A DNA stretch of 64,000 nt from an uncultured delta proteobacterium (GTDB taxonomy: Bacteria; Desulfobacterota; Desulfobacteria; Desulfobacterales; QNYZ01), in contig CAWJQU010000013.1 in the NCBI GenBank assembly GCA_963845145.1, forward strand, positions 155,980-219,979. The letters are read 5' to 3'. The notes below the pieces were generated by a model. The model made no database searches. It saw only the letters and a program-made list of their open reading frames with translations, and was not told where the DNA came from. The position numbers and the translations under genes are program-made. Every line of letters starts with the position of its first letter. Positions within the stretch are counted from its first letter, which is position 1. This document shows, in pieces, positions 40,544 through 50,563 of the stretch.

Positions 40544-42090
40544 GGTTCAGTCTCCATATCGGGTTCTATGCGGCGAGGGTTTTTTTCAATGAGGTCTACA
40601 TCAGGCAGCGCCTGGGCGTTTTTGGAAGTAATCCCCAATTCGTTGAATTTTCGGGCTGAAACGATGACGCGGCGGGATAGTGATCCTACAAGCCGGTTGT
40701 AGCTGGTTGTGCTGCGCTCCAGGTCCTTTCCCAATTGGTTGACATGATCGAGCATGGCATGGAGTCGCTCGTACAGCTCTTTACCCAATTGGCCGATGAT
40801 TTTGGCGTTTTCCGTCGCCTTGGTTTGATGCCAGCTCATGCCCACGGTTTTTAGCAAAGAGATCAGCGTGGTCGGTGTGGCGGGGATGACCCGTCGTTCG
40901 GCGCCGATTTCAATCAGTTTAGGATTTCGTGTCAGGGCAGCGGAGAAAAAATTTTCACCCGGAATAAAAAGGATGACAAATTCGGGACTCTGCTCGAACT
41001 GCGTCCAATACGATTTTTGGGCAAGCTGGTAGATGTGGTTCTGTACCTGTTTGGCATGGGCATCCAATAAACGGTCCGTTTTTTCCGTCGAATCGGCTTC
41101 AAGGGAGTCCAGATAGGCTGTTAAGGGCACCTTGGCATCGATGACAACCTGTCGCCCATGGGGCAGATTAACAACCATGTCCGGACGGAGCTGGCTGCCG
41201 GCCGCCGGAACCGATGTCTGTTCCGTAAAATCACAATGTTCGCTCATTCCCGCCAGTTCAACGGTTCGCCGTAAGGTTAACTCGCCCCATCTTCCGCGGA
41301 CGTGGGGTACGCGCATGGCCCTGGCCAATCGTCCCGTCTCTTTTTGAAGGTCATTCTGGGTTTTGAGCAGGGAACTGATCTGCTGGGTCAGGCCGCCATA
41401 GGCGCTTTCCCGGGAACGTTCCATTGCCTGGACCTGTTGATCATACCGGTCCAGGGCCTTTTCAACAGGTTTAACGGCATTGCCCATAACGACGCGTTGG
41501 GTTTCAACTTCATTTTTAGCCGATTCAACGTATTTGGCGAAGGTTTCCCCAGCCAGGTCTAAAAAAGCACGGCTGTTTTCACGCATCACGCCGGCGGCCA
41601 GGGCTTTGTATGTATCGGTAAGACCGGCCCGTATGTCTTCGAGCATGGCAATTTTATCTTCGGTACTGCTTCGTTCTTTTTTCAGAACCGTTTCCAGCCT
41701 GGCCTGGTTGGATTTGAGCTGTGTGATGGTTTCATGGAGCGATCCAATTTCCGTTTCACGCCGATTGATCGTTTGTTCCAGCTTTTCCAGCCGCTCCAGA
41801 CGTCCCTGTGCGTTCGCTTTGGCCTGGGATGTTTCCAATAATACCTGCCTGTTTTCCCGAAGTTCATTAGCGGAAGCATCCAGGTTGTAGCGGGCATGCC
41901 TGATTTCCTCGTTTTTGGCCTGCAGTGATTCTTCCAGGCCGGCGATTTTAATCCGTTTTTCAGCCATGGCCGCGGTGTGCCGACGGTTGGCACGAAATCC
42001 GGCAATCAACCATCCGATTAGCCCTCCGCCGAGAGCGCCGCCGGCGATATAGATTATGAGACGAATGGTGGGGTCAGCCAGATATGACAT
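40540..42090 (-). CDS. rmuC: DNA recombination protein RmuC
   Basis: N-terminal TM, coiled coil, RGRWGE, RPD...IDAK, FIPGE, TPTTL. Confidence 0.93.
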   Translation of the reverse strand: MSYLADPTIRLIIYIAGGALGGGLIGWLIAGFRANRRHTAAMAEKRIKIAGLEESLQAKNEEIRHARYNLDASANELRENRQVLLETSQAKANAQGRLERLEKLEQTINRRETEIGSLHETITQLKSNQARLETVLKKERSSTEDKIAMLEDIRAGLTDTYKALAAGVMRENSRAFLDLAGETFAKYVESAKNEVETQRVVMGNAVKPVEKALDRYDQQVQAMERSRESAYGGLTQQISSLLKTQNDLQKETGRLARAMRVPHVRGRWGELTLRRTVELAGMSEHCDFTEQTSVPAAGSQLRPDMVVNLPHGRQVVIDAKVPLTAYLDSLEADSTEKTDRLLDAHAKQVQNHIYQLAQKSYWTQFEQSPEFVILFIPGENFFSAALTRNPKLIEIGAERRVIPATPTTLISLLKTVGMSWHQTKATENAKIIGQLGKELYERLHAMLDHVNQLGKDLERSTTSYNRLVGSLSRRVIVSARKFNELGITSKNAQALPDVDLIEKNPRRIEPDMETEP

Positions 42091-42108
42091 GGTTCGGCAT
42101 CACTACCG

Positions 42109-42618
42109 TCATGAGGGTTCGGGGCGGTCGCCGTGCCCGTCGGCGTCGCGTACAAATGTGCCGCTACGGCCCCCGGATTTCTCAAGCAAACCGATGCGGG
42201 AGATGGTCATCTGTTTTTCAACAGATTTGCACATGTCATAGATGGTCAGGCAGGCCACGGAAACGGCGGTGAGGGCTTCCATCTCCACCCCGGTTTGACC
42301 GTGAAGGCTGACAGCACCTACGACACGAATACAACCGGTTTCGGCATTCGGAAAAAAATCGATGACGGCATGGGAAATATTTAAGGGGTGGCACATGGGA
42401 ATCAGGTCGGCGGTTTTTTTAGCCGCCATCACACCGGCGATACGGGCCGTTTCAAGAACATTTCCTTTTTTAATTTGTTGATGCTGAATTTTTTCCAGGG
42501 TTTCCGGTCGCATGGTTACGATTCCTTCAGCCTTGGCCGTTCGTCGGGTTACCGGTTTGTCAGAGACATCGACCATGCGGACGCGGCCTTCATCATCGAT
42601 ATGGGTCAGGGAAACCAT
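42109..42618 (-). CDS. moaC: Cyclic pyranopterin monophosphate synthase
   Basis: LTHID..G.VRMVDVS.K, LIPMCHP, TGVEMEAL, IYDMCK. Confidence 0.96.
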   Translation of the reverse strand: MVSLTHIDDEGRVRMVDVSDKPVTRRTAKAEGIVTMRPETLEKIQHQQIKKGNVLETARIAGVMAAKKTADLIPMCHPLNISHAVIDFFPNAETGCIRVVGAVSLHGQTGVEMEALTAVSVACLTIYDMCKSVEKQMTISRIGLLEKSGGRSGTFVRDADGHGDRPEPS

Positions 42619-42875
42619 TAGTGCTCCTATCCATTTTGGTAAGTTAATTGATGGGCTACAGGTTAACAATAAGTTGGCGGATGATCAATATCGGAAAACT
42701 GCTTTTCTATTGTTAACGGATTGTTTGTCGTTTGGGGAAGAATTCAGCGGTGCAAATCCCGGGCGGGGCGGATAGCGTATAAATATTGACAATAACCGGT
42801 ACACTGAATAAAAAAACGGCTTACCTGTTTTTCGCTTGACGCGATCGCCAACACCTAAATATTCAAAGGATATGG

Positions 42876-43823
42876 TTGATGCCTGAAAACAATCGTTATG
42901 ATTTGGTTATTATCGGAGGCGGCCCGGGGGGATTAAGCGCTGGTATTTATGCTCAGAGAGCGAGCCTCAAGACCGTCATGGTTGAGCGCGGCGCTCCCGG
43001 CGGGCAGATAACTTTGACCGATGAAGTGGAGAATTATCCCGGATTCGAGCATATTACCGGTGCGGAATTGGCCATGAATATGAGCCAGCACGCTGAATCT
43101 CTGGGTTTGGAGACGATTTATGACGAGGTGGTTGCCATTGAGCCCGGCGATAAATATCATAGGGTCAAGCTTGCCGACGGTCAAAACCTAACGACCCAAT
43201 CGGTTATCATTGCCACGGGAGGCTATCCACGTAAACTCGGCATTCCCGGTGAAAATGACTATTACGGCAAGGGCGTGTCCTATTGCGCCACCTGTGACGG
43301 CTTTTTTTTCAGAGAAAAAACCGTAGTGGTGGTTGGTGGGGGCGATACCGCGGTGGAAGAGGCGCTGTACCTGGCAAAAATTACCAACAAAGTATACCTC
43401 GCCCACCGTCGGGATGCACTGCGCGCCAGCCCTATTCTGCAGAAGCGCACCTTTGAAAATGAAAAAATTGACATGTTGTGGAATACGGTGCTGACGGCCA
43501 TTGAAGCCGGTGAGGACGGGGTTAACAATGTTGGCTTAAAAGACACTCAAACCGGTGAAACGCGCAACCTGACGGTTGATGGTGTCTTTATTTTCATCGG
43601 CTATCTGCCCAATGACAAGATCGTTCCCGAAGTGATCCAGCGCAACGCGGAGGGGTATATCTTAACCGACGATAGATGCCAAACCAATGTACCCGGCATT
43701 TTTGCCATCGGCGATCTCAAAGAAAAATTTGCCCGCCAAATCGTCACGGCAGCCGGTGATGGCTGTACCGCCGCCCTGGCCGCATCGTACTATGTTGAAT
43801 TGAAGAAGGCGACTGCCGCCTGA
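42876..43823 (+). CDS. trxB: Thioredoxin-disulfide reductase
   Basis: GGGPGG, ENYPG, CATCDG, GGGDTA. Confidence 0.96.
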   Translation: MMPENNRYDLVIIGGGPGGLSAGIYAQRASLKTVMVERGAPGGQITLTDEVENYPGFEHITGAELAMNMSQHAESLGLETIYDEVVAIEPGDKYHRVKLADGQNLTTQSVIIATGGYPRKLGIPGENDYYGKGVSYCATCDGFFFREKTVVVVGGGDTAVEEALYLAKITNKVYLAHRRDALRASPILQKRTFENEKIDMLWNTVLTAIEAGEDGVNNVGLKDTQTGETRNLTVDGVFIFIGYLPNDKIVPEVIQRNAEGYILTDDRCQTNVPGIFAIGDLKEKFARQIVTAAGDGCTAALAASYYVELKKATAA

Positions 43824-43840
43824 TTCTGTATTGATAGGTC

Positions 43841-43996
43841 TGATGAAAACATAAAAAGACATCAAAAGGGATGGCAAAGAAAAAAGGCCAAGTTCAAGGC
43901 GTCGCGAATCCCGTGTGATGAGGCGTACTTTTCGTACGCCGCAATCACGACGGGATGAAGCGCAACGCAGTAATTGGGTTTTTTACGAAGCCATCA
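43841..43996 (-). mobile_element. MITE/REP-like element, copy 1
   Basis: Near-identical reverse complement of 44905-45060. Confidence 0.85.
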
Positions 43997-44006
43997 GGTC
44001 TGACTG

Positions 44007-44834
44007 TTACGATTGCAGGTGGATGCGTTGTTCGCCGCAAAAGACCATTAACCCCTGGGGCCGGCCCAGGCAGGCCAGGGTCATGTTCAGGCTTTTGGCC
44101 AGATTTACGGCCAGAGAGGTCGGGCGTGATACGGAGAAAACAATGGGGATTTTGGCCCGTCCGGCCTTTTGTACGAGCTCATAGCTCGTGCGCGAAGAGA
44201 GAAACAAAACGCGGGCTTCATCTAAACGTTGTTGGCGAAACAACCGGCCGATGGCTTTATCTAATGCATTGTGGCGCCCCACATCTTCGCTTACCGAAAG
44301 GATTGTATAATCCGGTTGGCACAAAATCGCCGCATGGCTGGCATGGGTTTCCTGGTTCATGGGCTGGTGCTGCCTCAAATCCTCCAGCGTGTCCGCCGCT
44401 TTCCGGCCGTTGACTACCGTTTCATCGACGACCGGTTGAATGTGCTGGATCAGGTCATCGACGATCTCTTTGCCGCAAATTCCGCAGCTGGTCTGACTGA
44501 CGTAGTTGCGACGGTCCATATATTCGGAAACTTGCTCACGCCGAGTCGCGGTTAGGGTCAGGGTAACGACATTGGTGTCGGCGCCATCGCAAAAACCCAA
44601 AGCGTTAATGTCGGAGGGGGTATCGATAAGACCTTCGCCTAAACAGAAACCGGCTACGTGGTTGAGTTCCTCTCCCGGTGTTCGCATTACCACGGCATAG
44701 GGTTGACCCTGGACCCGGATGGATAGGGGCTCTTCGGAGATGATTCGGAAAGTGGAGGGTTCCGGTGACGAGATCATATCCCAGGCAATGATTTTCCGGT
44801 TCTGGGATGATTTGATTTGTGGTTTTTCGAACAT
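44007..44834 (-). CDS. fdhD: Formate dehydrogenase accessory sulfurtransferase FdhD
   Basis: EEPL, MRTPG, SCGICG, EDVGRHNALDK, SSR.S.ELVQK. Confidence 0.93.
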   Translation of the reverse strand: MFEKPQIKSSQNRKIIAWDMISSPEPSTFRIISEEPLSIRVQGQPYAVVMRTPGEELNHVAGFCLGEGLIDTPSDINALGFCDGADTNVVTLTLTATRREQVSEYMDRRNYVSQTSCGICGKEIVDDLIQHIQPVVDETVVNGRKAADTLEDLRQHQPMNQETHASHAAILCQPDYTILSVSEDVGRHNALDKAIGRLFRQQRLDEARVLFLSSRTSYELVQKAGRAKIPIVFSVSRPTSLAVNLAKSLNMTLACLGRPQGLMVFCGEQRIHLQS

Positions 44835-44904
44835 AAATGGCCGTGGTACCGTAAGGATCGCCTGAATGCGGGCGTCAGCAGTGACGCTTTACTATCGACA
44901 ATCT

Positions 44905-45060
44905 TGATGGCTTCGTAAAAAGCCCAATTACTGCGTTGCGCTTCATCCCGTCGTGATTGCGGCGTACGAAAAGTACGCCTCATCACACGGGATTCGCGAC
45001 GCCTTGAACTTGGCCTTTTTACGTTGCCATCCCTTTTTATGTCTTTTTACGATTTCATCA
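44905..45060 (+). mobile_element. MITE/REP-like element, copy 2
   Basis: Imperfect terminal IRs TGATGGCTTCGTAAAAAG / CTTTTTACGATTTCATCA, a second internal right IR CTTTTTACGTTGCCATC, central hairpin GGCGTAC-GAAAA-GTACGCC. Confidence 0.85.
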
Positions 45061-45136
45061 ATCTTAAGTAATATCGTTTAAATATACGATCATCGGTGGA
45101 AAAGTCCACCATGTTCAATATGAATGTAAAAATATC

Positions 45137-45165
45137 TTGACAAAGAGACGATTACACCTTAAATT
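45137..45165 (+). promoter_or_regulatory. Putative sigma70 promoter of rplU-rpmA-obgE
   Basis: TTGACA-17 nt-TAAATT. Confidence 0.5.
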
Positions 45166-45252
45166 TCTTTGTTTTATGTCTGTAATAAAAGGGATAAAAA
45201 GTTATAGCCGTTGCCGTGATGCATCGGCAATGGAACCAGGGAGGGTATTACC

Positions 45253-45567
45253 ATGGGTTATGCGGTCATCTCAACCGGCGGCAAGCAATACAAAGTCCGG
45301 GAAGGGGACGTCTTACAGGTGGAGCGTGTCGAGGGCGAAGTCGGCGCATCAGTGGCTTTCGACAACGTATTGCTTTATTCAGGGGCCGATGAGCTAACAA
45401 TCGGCACGCCGGTTCTTGAAAATGTGGTGGTCAAAGGCCATATCGTAGATCAGGGCAAGAGCCCCAAGATTCTTGTTTTTAAATATAAAAGACGCAAAGG
45501 GTATCGCCGTAAGCAGGGCCACCGGCAACCGTATACGGCCGTAAAAATCGACCAGATTTCCATTTAA
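45253..45567 (+). CDS. rplU: 50S ribosomal protein L21
   Basis: YAVISTGGKQYKV, KQGHRQPYT. Confidence 0.98.
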   Translation: MGYAVISTGGKQYKVREGDVLQVERVEGEVGASVAFDNVLLYSGADELTIGTPVLENVVVKGHIVDQGKSPKILVFKYKRRKGYRRKQGHRQPYTAVKIDQISI

Positions 45568-45597
45568 AACAGAATAACGTATATAGGAGAAATTACC

Positions 45598-45852
45598 ATG
45601 GCACATAAAAAAGCGGGCGGTAGTTCCCGAAACGGACGAGACAGCAATGGTCAGCGCCGTGGTGTCAAACGCTACGGGGGGGAGCCGGTACGGGCCGGCA
45701 ATATCCTGGTCCGACAGTTGGGGACGAGAATTCATCCCGGAGAAAATGTCGGCCTGGGTAGGGATTATACCCTTTTTGCCAAAGTCGACGGTATTGTTGC
45801 CTATGAACGACTTGGAAAGACCCGAAAAAAAGTCAGTGTTTACACACAGTAG
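45598..45852 (+). CDS. rpmA: 50S ribosomal protein L27
   Basis: [16 protein letters not shown]. Confidence 0.98.
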   Translation: MAHKKAGGSSRNGRDSNGQRRGVKRYGGEPVRAGNILVRQLGTRIHPGENVGLGRDYTLFAKVDGIVAYERLGKTRKKVSVYTQ

Positions 45853-46014
45853 TGGTTTTAGCATCTCACCCCTACGCGGCGACCGGTATTTAGCACCACA
45901 TCACCATGCGCTTATGTCTGGTTGGTTTAAGCCGCTCTTTTTCGTGATCGTATATCTGATCCTGTTTATCATGAAAACCCTCATGCCTAAATTGAGGGTT
46001 TCAGCTTGCTTCCA

Positions 46015-47016
46015 GTGAAATTTATAGATTCCACTAAAATTTTAGTCGCTTCCGGTGCGGGCGGTCGTGGTTGTGTCAGCTTTCGGCGGGAGAAATTTAT
46101 TCCGCGTGGTGGGCCCAACGGCGGCGACGGCGGTCGGGGCGGCGATATCATAATTGTTACCGATCCTAGCAAGCGTACCCTTTATCATCTTCGCCACAAA
46201 TCCAATCTTCAAGCGAAAAACGGTACGCCCGGCCAGGGTAGCAATAAAACCGGCCGCCATGGTGACGATTTGATTATCGAAGTGCCGCCGGGAACATTGT
46301 TGATTGATGATGAGACCGGTAACCTCATCAAGGATGTGGTCAAGGAAGATCGGTGGGTTCTCCTTGCGGGGGGAAGAGGCGGCCAGGGCAACGCCCGTTT
46401 TAAAACGTCAACCAACCGTGCTCCTCGAATGGCGCAACCCGGTGAACCGGGACAAACGCTGACCATTCGGATGGAGTTGAAATTATTGGCCGATGTTGGC
46501 ATTATCGGATTTCCCAATGCCGGAAAATCCACCCTTATTACAGCCATATCTTCCGCCCGTCCCAAGATTGCGGACTATCCTTTCACGACCCTCCATCCCA
46601 ATCTCGGGGTGGTGTATCCGGACCACGCGGAGCCCTTTGTTGTGGCCGATATCCCCGGCTTGATTGAGGGCGCCCATGCGGGAGCCGGCCTGGGGCATCA
46701 ATTCTTGCGACATGTGGAACGGACGCGAATACTTGTTCACTTAATAGATGCAAGTACGGTTTCATCCGACGATCCGCTGGCTGGGTATCGGACGATCAAC
46801 CGGGAGCTTGAGCAGCATAGTGAGGCGCTTGCCCGTAAATTGCAGATTGTGGTACTGAATAAAATCGATTTGCCTGACGCGATTCGGGGTGCCGAACATT
46901 TTGAGGCCGCTCAAGGCGCGCCTGAAACGCTACGCACCTCGTTTGCCACGCGGGTCGGTGTTTCGGCGTTAACGAATCGAATCTCCCAGGAGTTGGCCCG
47001 ACTGGATGAATCCTGA
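46015..47016 (+). CDS. obgE: GTPase ObgE
   Basis: FRREK..P.GGPNGGDGG, GFPNAGKS, YPFTT, DIPG, NKID. Confidence 0.97.
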   Translation: MKFIDSTKILVASGAGGRGCVSFRREKFIPRGGPNGGDGGRGGDIIIVTDPSKRTLYHLRHKSNLQAKNGTPGQGSNKTGRHGDDLIIEVPPGTLLIDDETGNLIKDVVKEDRWVLLAGGRGGQGNARFKTSTNRAPRMAQPGEPGQTLTIRMELKLLADVGIIGFPNAGKSTLITAISSARPKIADYPFTTLHPNLGVVYPDHAEPFVVADIPGLIEGAHAGAGLGHQFLRHVERTRILVHLIDASTVSSDDPLAGYRTINRELEQHSEALARKLQIVVLNKIDLPDAIRGAEHFEAAQGAPETLRTSFATRVGVSALTNRISQELARLDES

Positions 47017-48145
47017 CCGAAAAGAATATATCGGCACGGCCAAACGAATTGTGGTCAAAGTCGGCAGTAATGTCCTTACCGCCTCGGATGGGCTGAACCT
47101 ATATGCGGTGCGGTCCATCAGCCGACAGATTTGCCGTTTGATCGATCGAAACCTGGAAGTGATTTTGGTCACATCCGGTGCCATGGCCGCTGGCTTGAAA
47201 AAAATTGGTCTGGCAGCGCGCCCGGAAGACACCCCGGGGCGACAAGCCATTGCCGCTGTCGGTCAGGCCGGCTTGATTATGGAATACGATCATGCCTTTG
47301 ACCGGTATGGCATCAAGGTCGCCCAGATACTGTTGACCAGTGATGATCTGAATGATCGTCAGCGGTATCTGAATGCCCGCAACACCATTCACACCCTCCT
47401 CTCCTGGGGTGTGCTGCCTATCGTGAACGAAAATGATACCGTTCGGGTGGAGTCGATCCAGTTCGGAGACAATGATAATCTGGCCGCCATGATCGGCCTT
47501 CTCATGGATGCGGATCTCTATATTAACCTGACCGACATCGACGGGCTATTCACCCGGGATCCTCGACAGCATGACGATGCCGAATTCATCGGGGAAGTGC
47601 CACACATCGGTCCGGAAATCGAAAAAATCGCCGGTACGATTCCGGGGGCACTGGGTACCGGGGGCATGCAATCGAAAATAAGGGCCGCGAAAAAAGTCAC
47701 GGCTGTGGGCACACCCATGGTGATCGCCAATGGTGGTAAGGAAAACATTCTGATTCAAATCCTTGACGGCGATCCGCTGGGCACGTTTTTTATTCCTAAA
47801 AAGAAACGGTTGACCCGTCGTAAATGCTGGATCGGCTATTCTGTTCGGCCCGAAGGGGTATTACGGATTGATGACGGTGCGGCCGCGGCCCTGGTTACCC
47901 GCGGAAAAAGCCTGTTGCCCAGTGGCATCGTGGCGGTAGAAGGCACGTTTGAAATCGGCGCGCCGGTAGAATGCTGCCTTAAAGGGGAGACGGCCCTGGG
48001 CGTGGGGTTGGTGAACTACAGCGCCGAGGATATTCGTCGCATCAAGGGGTTGCATTCGCAGCAAATCGCCGAGGTCTTGGGAAGCCGGCCCTACGATGAG
48101 GTTATCCATCGGGATAACCTGACGATTACATCGGCTAAGGAATAA
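47006..48145 (+). CDS. proB: Glutamate 5-kinase
   Basis: VVKVGS, NEND, FGDND, GTGGM.SK, PUA domain. Confidence 0.97.
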   Translation: MNPDRKEYIGTAKRIVVKVGSNVLTASDGLNLYAVRSISRQICRLIDRNLEVILVTSGAMAAGLKKIGLAARPEDTPGRQAIAAVGQAGLIMEYDHAFDRYGIKVAQILLTSDDLNDRQRYLNARNTIHTLLSWGVLPIVNENDTVRVESIQFGDNDNLAAMIGLLMDADLYINLTDIDGLFTRDPRQHDDAEFIGEVPHIGPEIEKIAGTIPGALGTGGMQSKIRAAKKVTAVGTPMVIANGGKENILIQILDGDPLGTFFIPKKKRLTRRKCWIGYSVRPEGVLRIDDGAAAALVTRGKSLLPSGIVAVEGTFEIGAPVECCLKGETALGVGLVNYSAEDIRRIKGLHSQQIAEVLGSRPYDEVIHRDNLTITSAKE

Positions 48146-48149
48146 AACC

Positions 48150-49409
48150 ATGACCATGGAAGCAGCAATAAAAAAAATAGCCGCTGACGCACGAACCGCG
48201 GGCCGACAAATGGCGCGGGTCTCCACGGCCCAAAAAAACCGAGCCCTGCTCACCATTGCCGATATGTTGATAAAGCATGCGTCGGCCGTATATGTTGCCA
48301 ACGGTAAAGACCTCCAGCGGGCCGGAGAAAAAGGCTTATCGGCGGCCATGATCGATCGCCTGACGGTGAGTGAGGCGACGATTAACGGCATGGCGGATGG
48401 TTTGCGGGAAGTCGCTGGTTTGGAGGATCCGGTAGGGTCGGTGACCGATGCCTATCAGCGGCCCAATGGCCTGTCTGTTTCCCGGGTGCGGATTCCCCTG
48501 GGCGTTATCGGTATTATTTATGAATCCAGGCCGAATGTGACGGTGGATGCCGCCGGACTATGTCTAAAAACGGGCAATGCCGTTATTTTGCGCGGCGGAT
48601 CGGAAGCGATTGAGTCCAACCGGGCACTGGCCGATCTGATTGCCCAAGGCCTGACCGCCTCGAATCTGCCGTCCCAGGCCGTCCAGGTGGTGCCGATCAC
48701 CGATCGGTTGGCCGTAAACTGCCTGTTGGCCCAGGAATCGTCCATCGACCTGATTATTCCCCGGGGGGGCGAAGGGTTGATTCGGTTCGTGGTGGAACAT
48801 TCTAAAATTCCAGTGCTCAAACATTACAAAGGCGTGTGCCATACGTTTGTCGATCGGGAAGCGGATCTGGGTATGGCCTATGAGATCTGTTTGAACGCCA
48901 AGGTCCAAAGGCCCGGTGTCTGCAACGCCATGGAAACGATGCTGGTGCATGAGGCGGTCGCCGAAACGTTTTTGCCTGAAATGGGGCGCCGGTTTAAAAC
49001 CGCCGGGGTAACGCTCAAAGGGTGTGAACGAACCCGGCAGTGGGTTCCCTGGGCCCAAGCGGCCCAAGAGGCGGATTGGTCCACTGAATACCTGGATCTG
49101 ATTCTGTCGGTGCGGGTGGTCGCGCATATGGACCAGGCCTTGGAACACATCGCTGCTTACGGCTCCAACCATACCGAAGCGATCGTATCATCTGATAAAG
49201 CCCGCGCCCAACGGTTTGTTCGCGAGGTGGATGCTTCGGTCGTTATTGCCAATGCATCCACCCGCTTTAACGATGGTGGGCAACTCGGATTGGGGGCCGA
49301 AATCGGTATCAGTACGACCAAATTACACGCCTACGGCCCGATGGGACTCAAGGAGTTGACCACCACCAAGTTTATCGTAACCGGTGAGGGGCAGGTGCGG
49401 ACGGCTTAG
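48150..49409 (+). CDS. proA: Gamma-glutamyl phosphate reductase
   Basis: [36 protein letters not shown]. Confidence 0.97.
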   Translation: MTMEAAIKKIAADARTAGRQMARVSTAQKNRALLTIADMLIKHASAVYVANGKDLQRAGEKGLSAAMIDRLTVSEATINGMADGLREVAGLEDPVGSVTDAYQRPNGLSVSRVRIPLGVIGIIYESRPNVTVDAAGLCLKTGNAVILRGGSEAIESNRALADLIAQGLTASNLPSQAVQVVPITDRLAVNCLLAQESSIDLIIPRGGEGLIRFVVEHSKIPVLKHYKGVCHTFVDREADLGMAYEICLNAKVQRPGVCNAMETMLVHEAVAETFLPEMGRRFKTAGVTLKGCERTRQWVPWAQAAQEADWSTEYLDLILSVRVVAHMDQALEHIAAYGSNHTEAIVSSDKARAQRFVREVDASVVIANASTRFNDGGQLGLGAEIGISTTKLHAYGPMGLKELTTTKFIVTGEGQVRTA

Positions 49410-49453
49410 GGCATGACCCTTGTGTTCGGCCGGCGGATTTGATGAGGCTAAAG

Positions 49454-50134
49454 ATGGAAAAGGATGTAACCAAAATCGGCCTTTTCGGCGGCACGTTCAA
49501 CCCCATTCATTACGGTCATTTGCGGGCGGCCTTGGAAACCCGCGACGCTTTTGACCTGGATCAGGTCCTGATGATTCCGTCGGCGCGCCCGCCTCATAAA
49601 AGTGCGCATCAAACGGCCCCGGGTGAGCATCGGCTGGCCATGGTGCGTCTGGGGATTGAATCCACACCCGGGCTCGGCCTTTCTGATGTAGAGTTTGGTC
49701 GCAAGGGCCCTTCCTATACGGTTGAAACCATCGAACAACTCCAAGGAAGGTATGACCAAACCGTTTCGCTAAGTCTCATTATCGGCTTGGACGCTTTTCA
49801 GGAATACGACACATGGCATCGGTTTCGTGATCTTTTTAAAATCGTGCCGATCATTGTTCTGTTACGGCCTGGAAATAACGTCTATAACTTATTGCAGGCG
49901 AGTAAGGTTGTTGGGGAAAACCTGCATCTTAACATCTCGGATCAATACCGGTATCAGGTATCTTCTTCGTGTTTTACCCATATCCACCTTCAACCGGTTC
50001 ATCTGTTGGAGGTGACGCGCCTGGATATTTCTTCGAGCCGGATACGGGGAATGATCAAGGCTAAAAAGTCGATTCGTTTCCTTTTACCCGAGCGTGTGGC
50101 GCATTATATTGAAAGACAGAGGCTTTATTTATGA
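49454..50134 (+). CDS. nadD: Nicotinate-nucleotide adenylyltransferase
   Basis: GGTFNPIHYGH, PPHK, ISSSRIR. Confidence 0.95.
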   Translation: MEKDVTKIGLFGGTFNPIHYGHLRAALETRDAFDLDQVLMIPSARPPHKSAHQTAPGEHRLAMVRLGIESTPGLGLSDVEFGRKGPSYTVETIEQLQGRYDQTVSLSLIIGLDAFQEYDTWHRFRDLFKIVPIIVLLRPGNNVYNLLQASKVVGENLHLNISDQYRYQVSSSCFTHIHLQPVHLLEVTRLDISSSRIRGMIKAKKSIRFLLPERVAHYIERQRLYL

Positions 50135-50508
50135 CAAATGAAATGGACACCGGACTCAAACCCTTTTTAGAAGCCGTTAGCGGCAAAAAAGTGATGGAAC
50201 TTGTGGCGCTCGATTTACGCGGCTTGACATCGGTTGCTGATACGTTTCTCATTTTAAGTGGTCGGTCCCATCGGCATGTGTCGGCCATTGCCGAGTATAT
50301 TCGCCTGGAGTTGAAAAAAAGCGATTTGAAACCGTTAGGTGTCGAGGGAAAACAAGAGGGTCACTGGGTTATCCTGGATTACGGAGATGTGGTGATCCAT
50401 GTGTTTTACGATCCGGTTCGAAAGCTATACGATCTGGAAGGGTTTTGGGCCGACGCGCCCCGCATTGAAACGGAAAGCTTCGTTGAGTCGGAAACAACCA
50501 GTGTATGA
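50131..50508 (+). CDS. rsfS: Ribosome silencing factor
   Basis: WVILDYGDVVIHVF...YDLEGFW. Confidence 0.95.
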   Translation: MTNEMDTGLKPFLEAVSGKKVMELVALDLRGLTSVADTFLILSGRSHRHVSAIAEYIRLELKKSDLKPLGVEGKQEGHWVILDYGDVVIHVFYDPVRKLYDLEGFWADAPRIETESFVESETTSV

Positions 50509-50563
50509 TGGTTAAAACGGTTAGCCGGGTTTTAATGGATACTCTTGCTGTAAAGGTGATCTG

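Noticed and set aside
43915..44986. ORFs beginning MMRRTFRTPQSRRDEAQRSNW (43915+ and 44986-)
   Set aside because: Both arise from the repeated element and run antisense to or overlap fdhD; probably spurious.
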